From positions 2,010,001 to 2,042,000 of the forward strand of contig NZ_CP195536.1 of assembly GCF_051307035.1 (NCBI RefSeq): a stretch of 32,000 bases of DNA. Direction: 5' to 3'. Numbering within the stretch: position 1 is the first letter of the stretch; every line of letters starts with the position of its first letter. The notes below the pieces were generated by a model. That model was given only the letters and a program-made list of their open reading frames with translations, was not told the origin of the DNA and made no database searches. The translations under genes and the position numbers were made by a program. The DNA is from Psychrobacter sp. DM4. GTDB taxonomy: Bacteria > Pseudomonadota > Gammaproteobacteria > Pseudomonadales > Moraxellaceae. This document shows, in pieces, positions 9,747 through 18,470 of this stretch.

Positions 9747-10262
9747 ATGAAAACGACTCCCGCCGCTGAAAAACTCCCTAACACGATTGATCCAAACTTA
9801 GATCTTGAACAAGTTAAAAAAGACTGCAAAAAACTGGTCAAACAACGTGCAAAATACTCCGCTGGCGTAGCCGTGGTACCTGTACCCTTTTTTGATGTAG
9901 CAGTGGACGCTGGTATGCTCACCCAGCTTATTCCTGATATTAGCGAACGTTTTGGTCTAATTAAAGGACGCGATTCTGCCATTGATCTAGAATCACGTGA
10001 AGTGCATTGGAAAGAGCTTAAGAATCGTACGGTAGACTTTGCCGGTCTGATGGCAACACGCGGTATCGTCAAAAAAACCATTCAAGGTTTTGGTGGTCGC
10101 ATTGCTGCTAAACAAGTGACGAAGTTTATCCCGCTAGGCGGTCAGCTAGTTGCGGCGACGATGGGCTATACCATATTCAAAAAAATTGCGAACGATCATG
10201 TCGAAGAGTGCTATAAGCTAGCCAAAGATATTCAAAAGAAACAACATAGTAAGAACGTTTAA
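9747..10262 (+). CDS. hypothetical protein, DUF697-like (tentative)
   Basis: ATG 9747 has AAAGGA upstream; the track start at 9723 is TTG. The segments AGVAVVPVPFFDVAVDAGMLTQLI and IPLGGQLVAATMGY resemble DUF697-type proteins. The family call is from memory only. Confidence 0.55.
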   Translation: MKTTPAAEKLPNTIDPNLDLEQVKKDCKKLVKQRAKYSAGVAVVPVPFFDVAVDAGMLTQLIPDISERFGLIKGRDSAIDLESREVHWKELKNRTVDFAGLMATRGIVKKTIQGFGGRIAAKQVTKFIPLGGQLVAATMGYTIFKKIANDHVEECYKLAKDIQKKQHSKNV

Positions 10263-10289
10263 ACACTGTTAGATACTGATTTTATATCA

Positions 10290-10319
10290 CCAGCTAAGAT
10301 AACTTAGCTGGTTTTTTTT
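10290..10319 (+). terminator. rho-independent terminator
   Basis: Perfect 9-bp stem ccagctaag / cttagctgg with a 4-nt loop, followed by T8. Confidence 0.85.
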
Positions 10320-10384
10320 GTTCTTGATGACTTGTGGGCCGTTCACGCTATACTTACCCATATGTCCTCTTAGATTAACCAGTA

Positions 10385-10774
10385 ATGACTCAAACGCTTA
10401 TACACTACTTTTTGCACTTCGGTATGCCGCTACTCATAGCTTACGTATTCTTCCGTCATGACTACAAACGCGTTTATCTAATTTTGCTTGCTACTATGCT
10501 GGTCGATTTAGACCATTTGCTAGCCACGCCGATATTCTCGCCTAATCGCTGTAGTATTAACTTTCATCCCCTTCACACTTATTACGCTATGATCATCTAT
10601 ATCGCCATGTTATTTTTCAGAAAACCCTATAAAATAATAGGGCTGGGGTTGATACTTCATATGCTCACTGACTTAAATGATTGCGTGCTGAACTATCTTA
10701 TTTGTCCTGAATGCCTGCAAGATGCGCCCGCTCTTGATTTAGTGATAGGATTAAGCGATATGTTTAAGTATTAG
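10385..10774 (+). CDS. DUF6122-like small integral membrane protein
   Basis: The 129-aa protein is hydrophobic. LATMLVDLDHLLATPIFSPNRCSINFHPLH matches my memory of the DUF6122 family. No obvious SD is present. Confidence 0.6.
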   Translation: MTQTLIHYFLHFGMPLLIAYVFFRHDYKRVYLILLATMLVDLDHLLATPIFSPNRCSINFHPLHTYYAMIIYIAMLFFRKPYKIIGLGLILHMLTDLNDCVLNYLICPECLQDAPALDLVIGLSDMFKY

Positions 10775-10852
10775 GGCATCACTTTTAGCGTGCAAATCAG
10801 TTACTATGCTTTGGTACCTATCCTCAATTCATGAATACTAAAGGACGCTTTT

Positions 10853-11242
10853 ATGAAAAAGTTATTACTTTCAACCACCCTGCTTGCCACCTTTGCAATA
10901 GCAGGATGTACAACGACAGGTGGAACCAATAATTCAGGCAATGCTATCGGCACGGCGAATGAGATCGGTATGAATGTGTTCAAAGCCGCTATCGACAATC
11001 AATGTCGCAGCCAGATTGAGAATCAAAAAACATGGCAGATCGCCAGTGTCGCGATGAGTGAAGCTCAAGAAGAAGCGGTAAAAACTCGAGTATGTGGCTG
11101 CGTTAGTGAACAAGCCCCACAGCAAGTCACCATCGTTGAGCTAGGGAATGCCGCTATCGATGCCAACTATCGCACTCAGTTGGTCGCACGAGTCGTCGCC
11201 AAATCTCTTCAAAGCTGCTATGGCAGTATTGTGTCTCCATAA
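10853..11242 (+). CDS. hypothetical lipoprotein
   Basis: It has a signal peptide with a lipobox (LATFAIAG-C), AAGGA upstream, and four further Cys residues in the mature part. Confidence 0.75.
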   Translation: MKKLLLSTTLLATFAIAGCTTTGGTNNSGNAIGTANEIGMNVFKAAIDNQCRSQIENQKTWQIASVAMSEAQEEAVKTRVCGCVSEQAPQQVTIVELGNAAIDANYRTQLVARVVAKSLQSCYGSIVSP

Positions 11243-11265
11243 AAACACGAAAATTTTGGATAAAA

Positions 11266-11304
11266 AAAGCGCGATATACATTCAATGAACGTATATCGCG
11301 CTTT
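11266..11304. terminator. bidirectional rho-independent terminator between convergent genes
   Basis: 14-bp perfect stem aaagcgcgatatac / gtatatcgcgcttt. An A run lies upstream and T-rich sequence downstream. Confidence 0.8.
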
Positions 11305-11356
11305 ATTGTAATTGTGAGATAAACTTCGAACCACTACTTATGACAACTATCAGATA

Positions 11357-11725
11357 TCAAATATGATTTCGAGTGATAGGCTCAGGCTGCATAGCTACTG
11401 GTAGGATTCTACTCCGACGAAAGTATTTAGACCCGCTACTGATAATGTCATTCACGCCATCAACTAAATCTTCGATAACATCATCATAAATACCGTGATA
11501 CAACTCAGTTTCAAAAGCAGTAAAGGGATGTTTACGAGCAGCGGCTCTAACATCAGTAATGCCTTCTTTGCTATAAAAAATATTGACCGAACCATCGCTG
11601 TTTAACACACAAGTCAAATCACCCCCATCAACGACGATATCGATACGCTCAGGTATAAAGATATAATCGTCTACATCTAATAATTCTTTTTCTACGCCCT
11701 TTTTAAATAGTGCTGCGACATCCAT
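11357..11725 (-). CDS. hypothetical small acidic protein, paralog A of a tandem pair
   Basis: The 122-aa ORF has AAGGG upstream. Its core closely matches the neighbouring ORF. I recognise no family. Confidence 0.7.
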   Translation of the reverse strand: MDVAALFKKGVEKELLDVDDYIFIPERIDIVVDGGDLTCVLNSDGSVNIFYSKEGITDVRAAARKHPFTAFETELYHGIYDDVIEDLVDGVNDIISSGSKYFRRSRILPVAMQPEPITRNHI

Positions 11726-11777
11726 GGTTGTACCCTTAATTGCGATTCAAAATTCTTTAAAACTTAATAACTAGCAT

Positions 11778-12158
11778 TTAGTACTTGTCATTTTCACTAA
11801 TAAGGTCATCATTCCCTAAGGCCGCTCCCATAGGCAGAACTTTATTAATGCGAAAGTATTTAGAGTGACTGCCAATAATATCATTAACACTGTCGATCAA
11901 ATCTTCAATAACGTCATCATAAATACCATGATGGAGTTCGGTATCAAAATCGGTAAAAGGATGCTTGCGCGCGGCGGCTCTCACATCAGTGATACCTTTC
12001 TTGCTATAAAAAATATTAACAGAACCATCACTATTGAGGACACAGTTCAAGTTTCCCTCATCTACCACCATGTCAATGCGCTCAGGCGTAAAGATATAAT
12101 CATCTACATCAAGCAGTTGTTTTTCTACGCCCTTTTTGAATAACGATGCAACGTCCAT
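11778..12158 (-). CDS. hypothetical small acidic protein, paralog B of a tandem pair
   Basis: I set the start at ATG 12158 (MDVASLFKKG...), which aligns with the paralog A N-terminus and has AAGG 8 nt upstream. The longer track ORF reaching 12254 would read through the TA microsatellite. Confidence 0.7.
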   Translation of the reverse strand: MDVASLFKKGVEKQLLDVDDYIFTPERIDMVVDEGNLNCVLNSDGSVNIFYSKKGITDVRAAARKHPFTDFDTELHHGIYDDVIEDLIDSVNDIIGSHSKYFRINKVLPMGAALGNDDLISENDKY

Positions 12159-12191
12159 AACCATAACCTTATTAAAATATTTTAGAATTTC

Positions 12192-12219
12192 ATATATATA
12201 TCTATATATATATATATAT
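12192..12219. repeat. dinucleotide microsatellite (AT)5 C (TA)8 T
   Basis: Read directly as atatatatat c tatatatatatatatat. It lies 34-61 nt upstream of the paralog B start codon. Confidence 0.95.
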
Positions 12220-12396
12220 CTAGCGAACAATTTTCCTAGAGTTTGAAAGGTCATACTCTACATATAAATAGTATAAGAAGCAGCTGACTATTTTAAGGTA
12301 GGATATGTAAAACTGCGTTTGTGGTTGGTAAGGGTGGTTTAAATATATGACGCTTATAAAAAAAAGGTCATAGGAAGTTAGTTGTCCTTTTAGGCT

Positions 12397-12449
12397 AAAA
12401 AAAACGAGTCACCTAGAGGGCAACTCGCTCTACTCTTCACAAGCGAGTT
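12397..12449 (-). terminator. uvrB terminator region with two mutually exclusive hairpins
   Basis: On the minus strand the first hairpin is aactcgct-N12-agcgagtt (8 bp). It is followed by agcgagt-N13-actcgtt (7 bp, one G-U) running into T8. The two hairpins share the agcgagt segment. Confidence 0.5.
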
Positions 12450-12466
12450 TCTAAAATACTAAGCTC

Positions 12467-14596
12467 TTAGAGCAAGTGCGCTTTTAGCTCTAGCACTTTG
12501 TCACGAGTTTTTGCGGCGTCCTCAAACTTGAGATCACGAGAGAATTGCTTCATCAGCTTCTCTAGGCGCTTGATCTCTTTGGCGAGCAAATCAGGACTAC
12601 GCAAGATACTGATATCAACATCTGGCAGATTGCTCTTGACTGGAATCGCTTGATTGTCATTGGCGTCCAAATCATCACCCGTATCGATCTTATCCGTAAT
12701 ACTTCGGCGCGCACCTCTTGGCGTAATGTTATGCTTAAGGTTAAAGGCGACCTGTTTTTCGCGGCGACGGTCGGTCTCATCTATCGCCTTTTGCATACTT
12801 GGGGTAATGCGATCGGCGTAGAGAATAGCCTTGCCATTTAAGTGACGAGCTGCGCGACCAATCGTCTGAATAAGCGCGCGCTCTGAGCGCAAAAAGCCCT
12901 CTTTGTCCGCATCGAATATCGCGACCAGTGAGACCTCAGGCATATCTAGACCTTCACGCAGTAGGTTAATGCCGACCAGTACATCATGCACACCCGTACG
13001 TAGCTCATGAATAATCTGCATGCGCTCAACGGTATCAATATCCGAGTGCAAATAAGCGACTTTGACATCGTACTCTTTAAGATAACTGGTCAAATCCTCT
13101 GACATGCGCTTAGTTAAAGTAGTAATCAATACGCGCTCATCAACCTCACGGCGCTTGGTAATCTCTGACAGCACATCATCGACTTGCGTCAGCACAGGAC
13201 GTATCTCAATCTCAGGATCAATCAGACCTGTCGGACGTACCAGCTGCTCGACGACTTGCTCACTGTGCTCATATTCGTAGAGCGCAGGCGTCGCGCTCAC
13301 ATAAATGGTTTTGGGCTTGATACGTTCCCACTCTTCAAACTTCATCGGGCGGTTATTCATCGCACTTGGCAAACGAAAACCATAATTGACCAAGTTCTCT
13401 TTACGTGAGCGATCGCCTTTATACATCGCGCCAATTTGCGATACCGTAACATGAGACTCATCGAGAAACAACAGCGCGTCCTCTGGAATATAATCAAACA
13501 AAGTTGGCGGCGCCTCCCCTGATGGTCGACCAGAGAGATGCTGTGAGTAGTTCTCAATACCGTTACAGTAACCGAGTTGCTGAATCATCTCAAGATCATA
13601 TTGGGTACGTTCTTTGAGGCGCTGTGCTTCAATCAGCTTGTTGTTCTCACGGAAATACTCAAGTCGCGGTTCAAGCTCCTCACGAATGGTAATACTAGCA
13701 GCGTCCAGCTTGTTACGCGGCGTCACATAATGCGACTTGGGATAGATGGTGATACGTGGCACGCTACGCACGGTCTTGCCCGTTAACGGGTCAAACCAAG
13801 TAATCTTTTCAACTTCGTTATCGAATAGATGCACGCGCACTGCCAGCTGCTCGGATTCAGCGGGATAGATATCTAGTAGCTCTCCGCGCAAGCGATACGT
13901 ACCGCGTCCAAAGTCTAGCTCATTGCGCGTATATTGCATCTCAACCAAACGCTTGATCGTCGCCGTACGGTCTATCTTGTCACCGACGACGATATGGAGC
14001 AGCATTTTGAGATAACTCTCAGGATCGCCCAAGCCATAGATACAAGAGACTGACGCAACGATAATCGCATCGCGGCGCTCAAGTAGGGCGCGCGTAGCAG
14101 ATAAGCGCATCTGATCGATATGATCATTAATGGCACTGTCTTTTTCGATAAAAGTATCACTTGCCGCGACATAGGCCTCAGGCTGATAATAATCGTAATA
14201 GCTGACGAAATACTCAACAGCGTTGTTGGGAAAGAACGATTTGAACTCACCATATAGCTGGGCTGCTAACGTCTTGTTGTGCGCCATGATAATGGTTGGG
14301 CGCTGAGTCTCACTGATGACTTTTGCCATCGTATAAGTCTTGCCAGAACCCGTCACCCCAAGTAGTAACTGCTCATCCATACCGCTATTGATACCATTGA
14401 CGAGTTTTTTGATAGCTTGCGGCTGATCGCCTGCCGGCTCAAATTCAGTCACCATCTCAAAGGCGCGGCTTGATATTTGCGTTCCAGATGCATTAACGCC
14501 GATGATCTCAGCTTCGCCTTGGAGTTGAGTGGCCAATTGATTTAATTGACGCGACGAGCGCGGTTCAGGCATACGCATAGGGGCTGTCTTTTTCAA
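12467..14596 (-). CDS. uvrB: excinuclease ABC subunit B
   Basis: Present are Walker [17 protein letters not shown] (DExH), helicase C motifs and a C-terminal UVR coiled coil ([16 protein letters not shown]). The start is uncertain. 14596 is TTG, ATGs lie at 14578 and 14572, and ATG 14455 would give an E. coli-like N-terminus ([12 protein letters not shown]). Confidence 0.93.
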   Translation of the reverse strand: MKKTAPMRMPEPRSSRQLNQLATQLQGEAEIIGVNASGTQISSRAFEMVTEFEPAGDQPQAIKKLVNGINSGMDEQLLLGVTGSGKTYTMAKVISETQRPTIIMAHNKTLAAQLYGEFKSFFPNNAVEYFVSYYDYYQPEAYVAASDTFIEKDSAINDHIDQMRLSATRALLERRDAIIVASVSCIYGLGDPESYLKMLLHIVVGDKIDRTATIKRLVEMQYTRNELDFGRGTYRLRGELLDIYPAESEQLAVRVHLFDNEVEKITWFDPLTGKTVRSVPRITIYPKSHYVTPRNKLDAASITIREELEPRLEYFRENNKLIEAQRLKERTQYDLEMIQQLGYCNGIENYSQHLSGRPSGEAPPTLFDYIPEDALLFLDESHVTVSQIGAMYKGDRSRKENLVNYGFRLPSAMNNRPMKFEEWERIKPKTIYVSATPALYEYEHSEQVVEQLVRPTGLIDPEIEIRPVLTQVDDVLSEITKRREVDERVLITTLTKRMSEDLTSYLKEYDVKVAYLHSDIDTVERMQIIHELRTGVHDVLVGINLLREGLDMPEVSLVAIFDADKEGFLRSERALIQTIGRAARHLNGKAILYADRITPSMQKAIDETDRRREKQVAFNLKHNITPRGARRSITDKIDTGDDLDANDNQAIPVKSNLPDVDISILRSPDLLAKEIKRLEKLMKQFSRDLKFEDAAKTRDKVLELKAHLL

Positions 14597-14786
14597 TAGA
14601 TTTATAACGATATGGGGTTTTGCTTGTGTTTTTAAAGGTAATTTGATGCCCTAAACGCATTGTTTTTTATGGAGTGTACTGCTACAAAATGTACAATAAG
14701 ATGCTGGGATACTCAGGTAGAGTCGTTGACGATACTTGTGAGTTGTCCCCTATTATCTATTGAGGAATGAGATATGAGGGGTCATT

Positions 14787-14814
14787 GTTTATGTGCCAAA
14801 GTTTATGTGTCAAA
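14787..14814. repeat. tandem 14-bp direct repeat in the uvrB-dps intergenic region
   Basis: gtttatgtgccaaa is immediately followed by gtttatgtgtcaaa (13 of 14 identical). Confidence 0.85.
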
Positions 14815-15032
14815 GTGACTGTTAACGTTGCAGATATCAATATCAAGAATTCAACTCAGCAAGAATTGTTTGATAAGTTCGTCAATAGCAGTACAAATTT
14901 CAAAGATTAGCTGACTATATTTACAAAGCTTTTCACGATTAACAAACCTCTTACACGACCACTCAATAAAGCCTAACGCTAGAGGGTTCCAATCTTGGCT
15001 CAAGGTGCTATTATCGATACTGATTCAACAGG

Positions 15033-15050
15033 CAAGTAATTGATTACTTG
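15033..15050. promoter_or_regulatory. inverted repeat CAAGTAAT-tg-ATTACTTG upstream of dps (candidate operator)
   Basis: It has perfect 8-bp arms. It overlaps the likely -35 region of a putative promoter whose -10 is TAGAAT at 15069-15074. Confidence 0.35.
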
Positions 15051-15103
15051 TTCTACTAATCAAATAACTAGAATTAAAAACAAATTCAATAACGGAGCAT
15101 AAT

Positions 15104-15586
15104 ATGAGAGAACGTTACGCAAGTGGTATTACTGACGATACAGCGAATAAAATGGTCGATTTATTAAACTCGAATCTAGCGAACCTAATGGATTTGAGCA
15201 TGGATACCAAACAGTGCCATTGGAATTTGCAAGGTACTGGCTTTATCGGTGTGCATCAATTACTAGACGATACCTATGATCGTTTGACAGAAGCTTTCGA
15301 TACAGTCGCTGAGCGCATTGTTATCTTAGGCGGTAAAGCCAATGGTATCTCTAAGCGTGTCGCTGAAGATTCTATTTTAGAGACCTACCCAACCGATATT
15401 ACTGAAGTGGATCAACATGTTCGCGAATTGACCAATCGCTATAAGACAATCGCAAAGACATTACGCGAAGCTATCGACACTGCTGGTGATGCTGGTGATG
15501 AAGACACCGCTGATCTATTGACAGAAGTAAGCCGCGTAGTCGACAAAGATGCTTGGTTCATCGGTGCCAATGCGCCTAAGAAATAG
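15104..15586 (+). CDS. dps: Dps family DNA-protection-during-starvation protein / ferritin-like
   Basis: At 160 aa it carries the Dps ferroxidase signature CHWNLQGTGFIGVHQLLDD...D...E. GGAG lies upstream of the start. Confidence 0.9.
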   Translation: MRERYASGITDDTANKMVDLLNSNLANLMDLSMDTKQCHWNLQGTGFIGVHQLLDDTYDRLTEAFDTVAERIVILGGKANGISKRVAEDSILETYPTDITEVDQHVRELTNRYKTIAKTLREAIDTAGDAGDEDTADLLTEVSRVVDKDAWFIGANAPKK

Positions 15587-15642
15587 TATTTTTGATAATC
15601 GCCACTGAACCTAAATGCCGTTAAACCTAAGTAATAGAGAAC

Positions 15643-15673
15643 AAAAAAGGTCACCTACATGGTGACCTTTTTT
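15643..15673. terminator. bidirectional rho-independent terminator between dps and the thioesterase gene
   Basis: The sequence is aaaaaa ggtcacc tacat ggtgacc tttttt, a perfect 7-bp GC-rich stem. Confidence 0.85.
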
Positions 15674-15684
15674 GTTCTGAGTAG

Positions 15685-16245
15685 CTATGCTTTTTCATTC
15701 TCTTGCTTTTGCATCATTGTTGGATTCTCAATCGGCCCATCGAGATCGCAACTAGGACGATTTGAGCTTTGCATACGTAACTGCTTACGTTCAAACGCCG
15801 CATCAGCGCGGCACTGCTGCATTGAATTTTTCGTATCGAGTGGCGGTGCTGGCGTCGGCTTACCATTGTCATCAATTGCTACCATGGTGAAATAGCAGCT
15901 GTTGGTATGTCGAATGGTACGAGCACGCACGTCTTCTGCTTCAACCCGAATCCCGACCTCCATCGAAGTATTGCCAACGTAGTTGACACTAGCTGCAAAA
16001 GTGACTAGCTCACCGACGTAAATAGGCTCACGGAACATAACCTGATCCACTGACAAGGTCACGACATAGTTACCGCTGTAACGACTAGCGCACGCATAAG
16101 CTACCTGATCAAGCATCTTGAGTAAATCACCACCATGGACATTTCCAATGAAGTTTGCCATATCTGGCGTCATCAATATCGACATGTATAGTTCATGATT
16201 AAGCGGCGCTTTTTTTGCTGTAGATGAGGTATTAGATTGAGCCAT
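15685..16245 (-). CDS. acyl-CoA thioesterase, hotdog fold (YciA-like) with a C-terminal extension
   Basis: MTPDMANFIGNVHGGDLLKMLDQVAYACA and the following core match YciA/BFIT-type thioesterases. AAGGA lies upstream. Confidence 0.85.
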   Translation of the reverse strand: MAQSNTSSTAKKAPLNHELYMSILMTPDMANFIGNVHGGDLLKMLDQVAYACASRYSGNYVVTLSVDQVMFREPIYVGELVTFAASVNYVGNTSMEVGIRVEAEDVRARTIRHTNSCYFTMVAIDDNGKPTPAPPLDTKNSMQQCRADAAFERKQLRMQSSNRPSCDLDGPIENPTMMQKQENEKA

Positions 16246-16375
16246 AAGTATCCTTTTGTACTACTTATTAATAGCAGTATTATTAGTTTGTGCTTAGTGT
16301 AACGCAAATAAATACTTATACCATAACGGCTTGTAACCGCACTTTTATTCCTATGTAGGCATGTATTTAAAGCTT

Positions 16376-16786
16376 TTAGCTTAACCAGTTAAAGTGATAA
16401 GCCATCCATGCTGCAATCGCACTCACTGACCCTGTCAGTATACCGCCCCATGCAAAGTCCACAAGCGCAGTATCTAGAGTAAAGCCTTTGTATAGTGCAA
16501 GGTTAGTAAAGTCGTAAGTACCATACGCCATCAATCCAATGAGACCGCCTAACAAGAAAATATGACCAATTGAGGCGCCAGCCTTGATCTGTGGATATAA
16601 CACCAAAATACACAGTGCTAGTATGTAGAACATATAGAACACGCCAGCTGCTATCATATTTGGTTCATCGGCGAGCAGGTGACCGATACGCTTTTCATAA
16701 AACGCGCCTTTCATCGTCGTCAGCCAAACGGCATCAACGGCCAAAAATATGATAACAGCAGCTAGATAAATAAAGACATAACCCAT
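16376..16786 (-). CDS. DUF2177 family membrane protein
   Basis: It is a four-helix hydrophobic protein with a DAVWL...FY motif near the N-terminus. ATG 16786 is preferred because AAGGA lies 7 nt upstream; the track start at 16792 is TTG. Confidence 0.75.
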   Translation of the reverse strand: MGYVFIYLAAVIIFLAVDAVWLTTMKGAFYEKRIGHLLADEPNMIAAGVFYMFYILALCILVLYPQIKAGASIGHIFLLGGLIGLMAYGTYDFTNLALYKGFTLDTALVDFAWGGILTGSVSAIAAWMAYHFNWLS

Positions 16787-16938
16787 AATCAAATCCTTTT
16801 ATTATATTCTCATATTTTAATCAAAACTAAAGATCATCCAGATAGCATTTAGTTACTGCTCTATTATCTATTCGTTAAGCCCGCGCCAAATGCTTTAGTA
16901 GCTAAGGTTAGCCTATTACTCTATGTTCTTCATCATTA

Positions 16939-18330
16939 TCAGCGATAAGTCTCTACCGCAGGAACATCGGAGAAATGCAAGATATCGATATTGTCAGGTT
17001 TTACTGCCGTTAGCTGTACCACACCTATCGTACGCTCCAAAAACCCACCCTCGCAGTAACAGAAGTAAAACTCCCACAAGCGAATAAAAGCCTCATCATA
17101 TCCAAGCGCTTTAATCTCCTCGCGCTGCGACATAAAAGCGTTGCGCCAGTCTCTGAGTGTATGCGCATAATCAAAGCCATAATCATGCAATTGTTTGATG
17201 ACCATATCAGTCTGCTCAGTGAACTGCGTATTGAGCTCTTGATTGGAGAGCAGACAGCCCCCTGGGAAAATATGCGTCTGGATAAAATCGACCGAATCTA
17301 TGTAGTCCTCATAATTCTGATCGTTAAAGGTGATAGCTTGTAATACCATAAGTCCCATCGGTTTAAGCAAATCATTACACTTTGCAAAAAACGTTGGCAG
17401 ATACTCATGACCGACCGCCTCAATCATCTCGATGCTGACAAGCTTATCGAACTGTCCTGTGAGCTCACGGTAGTCCTGCTTGAGCAAAGTAATTTTGTCT
17501 GATAAGCCAGCCGCCTCGACCCGCGCCTGCGCCTCGCTGTACTGTGCATCAGAGATAGTCGTCGTCGTCACATGACAGCCATAATGCTCGGCTGCGTAAA
17601 TGGCAAAGCCGCCCCAACCCGTACCGATCTCGATCACATGATCATCAGCGCTCAATTGTAAGCGCTTACATATTAGCGCCAGCTTATGCTGCTGCGCATC
17701 GGCAAGCGTCGCCTCAGGATTTTTGTATACGGCAGATGAATACATCATTGTCTCATCCAAGAAGCGCTGATACATGTCATTACCCAAGTCATAATGCGCT
17801 AGGATATTGGATTTTGATCCTGATTGATCATTGCTACGCAACTGATGCTTGGCTTTTTCAAACGTCTTACTGATGCCTGCAAAGCGGTTCTCTAATTTAT
17901 TGAGTACCGCTAGATTTCGCGCGGCCAAGCGTATTAATCCCGTCAGATCATCTGTATCCCAATCCCCATTGATGTAGCTATCTGCCAACGCGATAGAGCC
18001 ACCAAACAACAGCTGACGATAGACGCTGGTATTATGAATAGTCAAAGTCACTTGCAATGCATGACGACCGACTGCCGAGCTACTTTTTATATTTGATGAG
18101 GTATTGCCAAAACGATGGGTGTCAACAGACTGACCTTCAAAGTCCTCAATGACCGTTATACCACCGAAGCGGACCCGTTTTAGCGCTTCAAATACCGCTT
18201 TTCTTGCCAGAGTACTCACGCCGTTATTGACAGGTTGCAAAAGAGCACTGTCACTAAGCGTCTGACTAATGCGCGCATTGATCTTCTCTAGTCTTGTTGT
18301 AGGCTTACGTTCGGTCGGTCGTACTGACAT
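16939..18330 (-). CDS. cyclopropane-fatty-acyl-phospholipid synthase family SAM-dependent methyltransferase
   Basis: It has the SAM motif I VIEIGTGWGG, ALADSYINGDW (compare GESYMDGWW in Cfa), and the C-terminal FYFCYCEGGF motif typical of CFA/mycolic acid synthases. Confidence 0.85.
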   Translation of the reverse strand: MSVRPTERKPTTRLEKINARISQTLSDSALLQPVNNGVSTLARKAVFEALKRVRFGGITVIEDFEGQSVDTHRFGNTSSNIKSSSAVGRHALQVTLTIHNTSVYRQLLFGGSIALADSYINGDWDTDDLTGLIRLAARNLAVLNKLENRFAGISKTFEKAKHQLRSNDQSGSKSNILAHYDLGNDMYQRFLDETMMYSSAVYKNPEATLADAQQHKLALICKRLQLSADDHVIEIGTGWGGFAIYAAEHYGCHVTTTTISDAQYSEAQARVEAAGLSDKITLLKQDYRELTGQFDKLVSIEMIEAVGHEYLPTFFAKCNDLLKPMGLMVLQAITFNDQNYEDYIDSVDFIQTHIFPGGCLLSNQELNTQFTEQTDMVIKQLHDYGFDYAHTLRDWRNAFMSQREEIKALGYDEAFIRLWEFYFCYCEGGFLERTIGVVQLTAVKPDNIDILHFSDVPAVETYR

Positions 18331-18470
18331 TGTTTCGATATCCTTTTATACACTTAAGATAAGCGGTTGTTTCGGTAGATAGTTTTATTAAGATGAGTAG
18401 TTCAAGGCAATTTTTTACCTTAAATATGATCAAAAAATACAATCAAACCACCTAGAGTTGCGTGATTATA

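Noticed and set aside
12159-12254. Longer form of paralog B (158 aa) starting at 12254
   Set aside because: The extra N-terminus is the translated TA microsatellite (YIYIYRYIY). It has no counterpart in paralog A, whose N-terminus aligns with the Met at 12158.
14675-14695. TGTAC-N11-GTACA inverted repeat upstream of uvrB, considered as an SOS box
   Set aside because: It does not fit CTGT-N8-ACAG (LexA). The arms are only 5 bp, so it is easily a chance occurrence in AT-rich DNA.
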